From Candidatus Moraniibacteriota bacterium (lineage in GTDB: Bacteria; Patescibacteriota; Minisyncoccia; Moranbacterales; UBA1568): a stretch of 64,000 nucleotides of DNA. This document shows, one piece after another, positions 58,545 to 64,000 of this stretch (its first letter is position 1; the number at the start of each line of letters is the position of its first letter). A program made the position numbers and the translations under genes. The notes below the pieces were generated by a model. That model searched no databases. It was not told the DNA's origin and saw only the letters and a list, made by a program, of their open reading frames with translations. The stretch lies in the NCBI GenBank assembly GCA_013334575.1, contig JAAXXG010000001.1:208315-272314 (forward strand), in the 5' to 3' direction.

Positions 58545-59900
58545 TCATTTCGTACGCGAGAACCGCTTCATCAGTTTTCCCATCGCGTCCTCGGTCGCCA
58601 TGATGATCGGGTCCATGAACGGCCACGGCGAGAGACTCGGGTGGGCGATATAGTTGTACCGAAGCATCCGAAGGATGCCCGTCCGCTGACCGATCGCGAA
58701 GCTCGCCACGTCCGCCGACGCGATGACGCCGTTTCCGAACGCCTGATATCCCACGAGCCGCAGGCGGGGCCCGGCGAAGACGAGCTTCACCGAAAGCGGC
58801 TTGTTCCCTTTGAGGTCGCGATACACGTCCGTCGTCTCGGCGACGCCGGTTACGACGAACCGGAACCGTTCCCGCGCCGCGGTCTCGGTAAGACCGGCGA
58901 CCGCGAATTCCCGACCGAGCGTCCGGAAGGCGGCCGCACCGGTCGACCCCTTGTAGCGGATCGGGAAGCCGGCCAACTGGAATCCGACGATCTTCGCCTG
59001 CTGGATCGCGCCGCTCGCGAGGCCGGAGGAGCGATGTTCCCCCGTCACGCCGAAGGGCGGCATCGAACAGTCACCGCACGCGTAGACGTCCGATACGTTC
59101 GTCCGCATCCGATCATCGACCGGGATACCCTGTTTCGACGTGCGGATCCCGGAACCCTCGACGACATCGAGGTTCGGCCGTACCCCGGCCGCGACGATGA
59201 CCAGGTCGGTCCCGATCACCCTCTCCGTATCGCCTGTCTTCACGACGACCTCCTTGCGCCCCGACGCATCGTCCCGAATGCCGGTCACCTTACCCGAAAA
59301 GACCGTCTCGATGCCGCGCTCCTTCAGATGGGAAACGAGTCGTTCCGCGAACTCCGGATCGGCGAGGTCGCTCGATATCCCGGCCGACGCCTCGACGAGC
59401 GTCACGCCTACGCCCTTCTCACGCAACGCGCCGGCCATCTCCATTCCGATGACGCCCGCACCGATGACGACGGCATGCTTCGCGTCGGCCGCCTCACGGC
59501 CGATATGCTCCATGTCTTCGCTCGTACGGACCGTATGCACCCGCGCCCCGTCGGCTCCGGGAATCGGCGGCACGAACGCGCGCGCGCCGGTCGCGACGAC
59601 CAGCGAATCGTACGGATATTCCGTCCCGCTCTCCCCGACGACGACACGCTGCCGCGTATCGATACGGACCGCCCGGTCATGAACGATCGTGAGGCCGTAA
59701 TCGGCGAACATGCACTCCGGCTGGATCGCATCGGCCAGCTCCGCCTCTCCGGTCAGGATGTACGGCGACGTGCACCGGCAGTACACGTCCTGCTCGTCGG
59801 AAAGGACCGTCGCCGTGAACTTCCCCTTCCGAAGCTGATTCGCGACGATGAGACTGAACATCCCCGCCCCGCCGCATCCGATAGCCACCAGGTTCCTCAT
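58545..59900 (-). CDS. FAD-dependent pyridine nucleotide-disulfide oxidoreductase (NADH oxidase/CoA-disulfide reductase-like)
   Basis: Two Rossmann GxGxxG motifs (VAIGCGGAGM and VVIGAGVIGME). CGDC near the C-terminal part. Confidence 0.8.
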   Translation of the reverse strand: MRNLVAIGCGGAGMFSLIVANQLRKGKFTATVLSDEQDVYCRCTSPYILTGEAELADAIQPECMFADYGLTIVHDRAVRIDTRQRVVVGESGTEYPYDSLVVATGARAFVPPIPGADGARVHTVRTSEDMEHIGREAADAKHAVVIGAGVIGMEMAGALREKGVGVTLVEASAGISSDLADPEFAERLVSHLKERGIETVFSGKVTGIRDDASGRKEVVVKTGDTERVIGTDLVIVAAGVRPNLDVVEGSGIRTSKQGIPVDDRMRTNVSDVYACGDCSMPPFGVTGEHRSSGLASGAIQQAKIVGFQLAGFPIRYKGSTGAAAFRTLGREFAVAGLTETAARERFRFVVTGVAETTDVYRDLKGNKPLSVKLVFAGPRLRLVGYQAFGNGVIASADVASFAIGQRTGILRMLRYNYIAHPSLSPWPFMDPIIMATEDAMGKLMKRFSRTK

Positions 59901-59964
59901 ACGATGAAAATATCCTTTATAAAGGCATATTATCACACCCGCTCCCCGCTGTCCTTCGTCGCCT

Positions 59965-59993
59965 TTGCAAGAGAACGTCTGTTCCCCTATACT
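59965..59993 (+). promoter_or_regulatory. lexA promoter (TTGCAA-17-TATACT) with Cheo-type LexA box GAACGTCTGTTC in the spacer
   Basis: GAAC-N4-GTTC palindrome at 59973-59984, about 30 nt upstream of the lexA start, between the -35 and -10 hexamers. Confidence 0.55.
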
Positions 59994-60013
59994 GAAAGAC
60001 GAACCGAACCCAT

Positions 60014-60586
60014 ATGGACAGGTACACTGCCTTCGAAAAACTCACTTCCTTTTTCGACCGGAAGAAACGCATGCCGACCTTCCGGGAAATCCGCGACGAG
60101 ATCCTCGGAATCGCCTCGATGAAAGAGACCGTGCGCTTCGTGGACGGACTCGTCAAAGAGGGACTCGTCGGCCGTGACGCGACCGGGAAGCTTCTCCCGA
60201 CCGGAGCCTTTTTCGGCATCCGGAAGCTCGGCTACGTCGAAGCCGGTTTTCCCTCTCCTGCCGAGGAAGAACTGCTCGACACGATGACCCTCGACGACTG
60301 GCTGATCGGCAATCGCGAAGCGACCTTCATGCTCGAGGTGAAAGGCGAGTCGATGCGCGACGCCGGCATACGTCCGGGCGATACCGTTCTCGCCGAACGC
60401 GGACGAACCCCGAAAGAGGGAGACATCGTGATCGCCGAAGTCGACCGGAAATGGACGATGAAGGAGTACCGCATCGACCGCGACGGCGTCGTCCTCCTTC
60501 CGGCCAACCCGGCGTTCCGCCCCATCCGCCCCCGCGAGGAACTCCGTATCGAGGCGGTCGTCACCGCGGTCATCCGGAAATACTGA
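60014..60586 (+). CDS. lexA: SOS repressor LexA (S24 peptidase)
   Basis: N-terminal winged HTH. Cleavage-site region and catalytic S/K (VKGESMRDAGI ... K). Confidence 0.9.
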   Translation: MDRYTAFEKLTSFFDRKKRMPTFREIRDEILGIASMKETVRFVDGLVKEGLVGRDATGKLLPTGAFFGIRKLGYVEAGFPSPAEEELLDTMTLDDWLIGNREATFMLEVKGESMRDAGIRPGDTVLAERGRTPKEGDIVIAEVDRKWTMKEYRIDRDGVVLLPANPAFRPIRPREELRIEAVVTAVIRKY

Positions 60587-60591
60587 CCCGT

Positions 60592-61902
60592 ATGTCCGCC
60601 CTGCTCGCGCGCGGCGCTTTCCCGCGGGCGATCCTCCACATCGACGGGGACGCTTTCTTCGCCTCATGCGAACAGTCGCGCGACCCGGCACTCCGCGGCA
60701 GGCCGGTCATAACCGGCGCCGAACGCGGCATCGCCTCATCGATGAGCTATGAGGCCAAGGCCAAGGGAATCACCCGAGCGATGCGCCTTCACGAGATCCG
60801 CCGCCTCTGTCCGGATGCCGTCATCCTCCCGTCCGACTACGAAACCTATTCGCTCCTCTCCAAGCGCTTCTTCGACATCGTCCGCCGCTACACGCCGGAC
60901 GTGGAAGAGTACGGCATCGACGAATGCTTCGCCGACATCACCGGCTGGAACCGGCCGCTCGGCATCGGGTATGCCAAGATGGCCGAGCGGATCCAAGAAG
61001 ACCTACGCCGCGAACTCGGGTTTACGTTCTCGATCGGGCTCGCCTCGACCAAGGTCCTGGCCAAGACCGGATCGAAGTGGCAGAAGCCGTTCGGCCTCAC
61101 CGCGATAGAAAACCGCCGGATTCCGGACTATCTTGCCGAACTCCCCGTCGGAAACGTCTGGGGCATCGGCCCACGCACGACCGACATCCTCGTCCGGCTC
61201 GGCATCAGGACCGCACTCGACCTCGCACGGTCGGATGATGCCCGCCTCGATCCCTTCCTCTCCAAGCCTTTCAGGGAAATACGCTCCGAACTCCGCGGAC
61301 ACAGCGCACTCCCGTTCGAGTCCGGTACGCGAAAAACGCATTACTCCGTCCAAAAGATGAAGACCTTCACGCCGGCCTCCAACGATCCGCGGTTCGTCTT
61401 CGCCCAGCTCGCCAAAAATATCGAATCCGCCTGCATGCGCGCACGCCAGTACGGCCTCGAGGCCGGAAAGGTCCTCATCCTCTTGCGAACACAGACGTTC
61501 GAACATCACGCGAGCGAAATCGACCTCTCGCGGCCGACCAACTTCGCACACGAGCTTCTTGATGCGGCCAAGCCCGTCTTCGACGGTCTTTTCCGACCCG
61601 GCATGCTCTATCGTGCGACCATGATAACGCTCCTTGACCTCCGTACGCCGAATCCGCAGCCGGACCTGTTCGGCGAATCGCTCAAGGTCGACGGCTTCCG
61701 ACGGATCTACGAAGGCATCGACGCGGTCCGTGCCAAATATGGCAAGCACACGATCCACTTCGGTCCGTCTTTCGACGCACTCCATTCACCGCAACACAAG
61801 AGCTCCCGTGGCGAGTCGCCTGCCCGAGCCCGCCACCTTCTCCGCGGCGAGTCCGCCCGCAAACGCCTCAATATCCCGATGTTCCTCGGCGAGGTGGAAT
61901 AG
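60592..61902 (+). CDS. Y-family DNA polymerase (DinB/UmuC-like), co-transcribed with lexA
   Basis: LHIDGDAFFASCEQ and GIDECFADITG catalytic Asp/Glu motifs. 6-nt gap after the lexA stop. Confidence 0.85.
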   Translation: MSALLARGAFPRAILHIDGDAFFASCEQSRDPALRGRPVITGAERGIASSMSYEAKAKGITRAMRLHEIRRLCPDAVILPSDYETYSLLSKRFFDIVRRYTPDVEEYGIDECFADITGWNRPLGIGYAKMAERIQEDLRRELGFTFSIGLASTKVLAKTGSKWQKPFGLTAIENRRIPDYLAELPVGNVWGIGPRTTDILVRLGIRTALDLARSDDARLDPFLSKPFREIRSELRGHSALPFESGTRKTHYSVQKMKTFTPASNDPRFVFAQLAKNIESACMRARQYGLEAGKVLILLRTQTFEHHASEIDLSRPTNFAHELLDAAKPVFDGLFRPGMLYRATMITLLDLRTPNPQPDLFGESLKVDGFRRIYEGIDAVRAKYGKHTIHFGPSFDALHSPQHKSSRGESPARARHLLRGESARKRLNIPMFLGEVE

Positions 61903-61903
61903 A

Positions 61904-61930
61904 AAAACGGGGCTTAGCCCCGTTGTCAGT
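61904..61930. terminator. Hairpin terminator between convergent Y-family polymerase and DUF2207 genes
   Basis: aacggggc-tta-gccccgtt stem. A T-run follows on the minus-strand reading. Confidence 0.55.
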
Positions 61931-61981
61931 CGTAAGTTGCGGGTTGTAAGTTTTTTTCACTTTCAACTTCAAACTGTTTCC

Positions 61982-63712
61982 CTACCATCCTCCTCCGCCT
62001 CCGCCGCCACCACCGCTGCCGGAACCGCCGCTCCCACCGGAACCCGAAGGCGACGACGTACTCGCCGCGATACTCGATGACAGTCCGTCCATCGCGCTCG
62101 TGAAGCTGTCCGCATTGAATGATCCGCTTCCCGCGACATACCACAGCATCGGATGCGTCGCAAAGTATTCCTCGCCGTAGATATCGCGCATCCGCTTGAT
62201 CCACTGTTTCGTCATCCCGAAGAGGATCGCGTACGGCAAACCTTTCTCGAACAGATTCTCCTTTTCGTAATAGACGGCCCGATCCTTGTCGACGGTCTCG
62301 AGGAACAGCCTGAACCCCTTGATCTGCCAATTCAGTTCAGCGCCTTCCTTGGTCCGTTTCGGCATGATGGCGCCGAATATGATCAGGATGATCGCGGACA
62401 GTCCCAGACTCAACCCGAGGAATCCCGAGGCCCCTACCGAGACGATCGAGACGAATATCAGGAATATCCCCAGCGGAACCAGGATATTCCTCGCCAAAAG
62501 ACCTCTCGCTTCGGTCAGCCCCTTGTCTTTCAGGCCTTCGTTTCCCGCCTTCGTAATCGCCGGCAGATGCTTGTAGAACGAATTCTTCAGCGAGGAAAGT
62601 CGGACCGTATCCGTGCCCGCGTCAAACAGGTCGTTCAGGATCTCACGTTGTGTCGCGTTCATGGCTGCTTCGGCTTCCGCGCTGCCGGTCTTCGCCAACT
62701 CATAGTCCTTGCTCGTGAAGAACAGGATCTTGTTCTCGACCTCCGTGATCGTGATGACGCCGTGGGTCGCCAACCAGACGATTTCCGCCGTGATGAACGT
62801 ATTCTCGAACGTTCCGTTCTTCATGAGCATGCCCATCTCGACAGGCGTCAGATTTCCGGGAACGTCGTATTCCGCCATGACCGTCCTGTTCACGTCCGGA
62901 TCGTCCCCATATTTCCGCCAGAGTGACAGACCGCCGAGAAAGGTGAAAAACGGGATCAGGAAAAAGAAGTATTTCCCGTTCGTTTCCCAGAATCCCGGAA
63001 CGTATCGGGTGAAGATACCCTTCGGAAACGTGACCGAGGCCGTGATACCCTCCCGCATCGGAAGCATGCTCGTCGATCGGAATTCCAGGACCGAGGGCGC
63101 CATCCACGCATAGGTCGCGCCGGTCTTGTCCTTCGACCCGGTAAGGCCGGTATAGTAATCGATCTTCGTATTCGAATCGGTCACCTCCTTCGGGAATCGG
63201 ATCGAGGCATGAAACGCATCCGTCTCCAAATCCCAGAAATTCCCGTTGAGGTTCCAATAGAGCTCGTCGTACTCCGCGTTGCCGAATCGGATAGCATTCT
63301 TCACCGAATACGAGATCACGTACGTATGCGCGCCCTGCACGGTCGTGTCCGCGGCACCGATCTTCCACGTCACCGTTCCATCGGAAGCATTTTCGATCGT
63401 CTGATAGGCATACGGCGTTCCGTTTTCATCCGTGATGCTCCCGAGGGTCACGGGCGTTTCCACCTTCTTCCCGTCGATGGAGAGGCGCGTCGGCAGGATG
63501 CGGAAGATGCCGTGCTTCCCGACCGCCATCCCGCAGTCCGCCACGATCGTCTCGGTGATATCAAGCGACGAATCCTTATTGACGATAATCTGCGAATCGA
63601 AATCCCGGATATACCAGTCCGTCACGTTTTCCCGGGCGGACGAAACGTTCGGTACCGCCAACACCGCCACCGTCGCCAGTACCCCCACAAGATATTTCCA
63701 GTTTCGAAACAT
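61982..63712 (-). CDS. DUF2207-family membrane protein with Gly-rich C-terminus
   Basis: Signal/TM, large extracytoplasmic domain, TM cluster, then C-terminal SGSGGSGGSGSGGGGGGGGGW tail typical of DUF2207 proteins. Confidence 0.7.
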   Translation of the reverse strand: MFRNWKYLVGVLATVAVLAVPNVSSARENVTDWYIRDFDSQIIVNKDSSLDITETIVADCGMAVGKHGIFRILPTRLSIDGKKVETPVTLGSITDENGTPYAYQTIENASDGTVTWKIGAADTTVQGAHTYVISYSVKNAIRFGNAEYDELYWNLNGNFWDLETDAFHASIRFPKEVTDSNTKIDYYTGLTGSKDKTGATYAWMAPSVLEFRSTSMLPMREGITASVTFPKGIFTRYVPGFWETNGKYFFFLIPFFTFLGGLSLWRKYGDDPDVNRTVMAEYDVPGNLTPVEMGMLMKNGTFENTFITAEIVWLATHGVITITEVENKILFFTSKDYELAKTGSAEAEAAMNATQREILNDLFDAGTDTVRLSSLKNSFYKHLPAITKAGNEGLKDKGLTEARGLLARNILVPLGIFLIFVSIVSVGASGFLGLSLGLSAIILIIFGAIMPKRTKEGAELNWQIKGFRLFLETVDKDRAVYYEKENLFEKGLPYAILFGMTKQWIKRMRDIYGEEYFATHPMLWYVAGSGSFNADSFTSAMDGLSSSIAASTSSPSGSGGSGGSGSGGGGGGGGGW

Positions 63713-63795
63713 CGTTTTTTATTCGAAGGATATGGCTTCAGTATAACACTTCTTGGTCAATATATGCCTACTCATTTGACTCATATACCGCTCTT

Positions 63796-63886
63796 TTTGA
63801 CTAAATAACTTAGCTTCGTTAATAAAGACACATCCAGTTTTACACTCTGAGTGACATTTGACTTGAAGTCATTAAAAGAGTATAAT
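63796..63886 (+). promoter_or_regulatory. Tandem sigma70 promoters (TTGACT-17-TAATAA and TTGACT-17-TATAAT) in AT-rich leader, likely rrn P1/P2
   Basis: Hexamers at 63796-63801/63819-63824 and 63858-63863/63881-63886, upstream of the rRNA-like sequence. Confidence 0.45.
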
Positions 63887-63919
63887 AAGCCTGCTTCCGG
63901 GTTAAGCTGGGAGCAACTC

Positions 63920-64000
63920 ATGGAGTCAGTCTATGAGGCGGCGCGTTAATCAACGCCAAGGCGATTCTAAACAGCTTGACCATCGGTACCCGCGACCCAG
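63920..64000 (+). rRNA. Probable 5' end of a divergent 16S rRNA gene (partial, runs off window)
   Basis: CTCATGGAGTCAG...GAGGCGGCGCGTTAATCAACGCCAAGGCGA parallels the 16S 5' elements TCATGGCTCAG...GCTGGCGGCGTGCCTAATACATGCAAGTCGA, with mismatches to the 27F site. Confidence 0.4.

Noticed and set aside
61982-62045. GGC/GGA-rich tandem repeat at the 5' end of the window's last minus-strand gene
   Set aside because: It encodes the Gly-rich C-terminal tail (SGSGGSGGSGSGGGGGGGGGW) of the DUF2207 protein. It is coding low-complexity, not a CRISPR or non-coding repeat.
63890-64000. Considered 23S rRNA 5' end (starts GGTTAAGC like E. coli 23S) instead of 16S
   Set aside because: Lacks the conserved 23S GGTGGATGCC and GATGAAGGACG elements, whereas the TCATGG..TCAG and GGCGGCG..TAAT..GCCAAG pattern fits the 16S 5' domain better. 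Kept as a low-confidence 16S call.

Overview
This 64 kb window is a high-GC (about 60-65%) bacterial chromosomal segment with dense, mostly minus-strand coding, punctuated by a few sharply AT-rich accessory islands.

Recognisable core genes:
- Quality control and division: htrA/degP-like protease, a parvulin-type peptidyl-prolyl isomerase (PPIase), and an FtsB-like protein.
- Replication and repair: dnaX, rarA, and a lexA plus Y-family polymerase SOS pair with a Cheo-type LexA box.
- Translation: tRNA-Gln(UUG), rplJ-rplL, rpsP, rpmF and lepA.
- Chromosome and RNA processing: a hinge-less SMC-like ATPase, rnc and nusB.
- A reduced division-cell wall cluster: mraZ-rsmH-ftsL-ftsI-murF.
- An envelope-polysaccharide cluster: murJ, DUF4012, a GT4 glycosyltransferase, galU, rmlA, glyA (embedded), DUF475, rmlD, a NUDIX hydrolase, rmlB and rmlC.
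- A putative divergent 16S rRNA 5' end with tandem promoters at the 3' edge of the window.

The most unusual locus is a low-GC mosaic wedged between rmlB and rmlC (45.5-48.7 kb). It contains three modules, each made of a perfect sigma70 consensus promoter, a small exported or membrane protein gene, an intrinsic terminator and a copy of the rmlC 3' end. It also holds an out-of-frame rmlB'-'rmlC chimeric pseudogene and an SDR gene whose C-terminal tail derives from rmlC.

Other accessory content:
- An orphan T4CP (TrwB/TraD/VirD4)-like ATPase that lacks TM anchors and carries a C-terminal zinc ribbon, coupled to an upstream membrane protein.
- A sigma70-region-4 plus HARE-HTH DNA-binding protein.
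- A tRNA-Gln-adjacent variable segment with an IS481-family element (inverted repeats (IRs) identified).
- An orphan consensus promoter driving a roughly 340 nt non-coding transcript.

The small genome-like features (reduced division-cell wall cluster, hinge-less SMC, extended S16 and L32, many tiny membrane proteins) suggest a reduced-genome lineage, possibly Patescibacteria/CPR-like. That is inference only.
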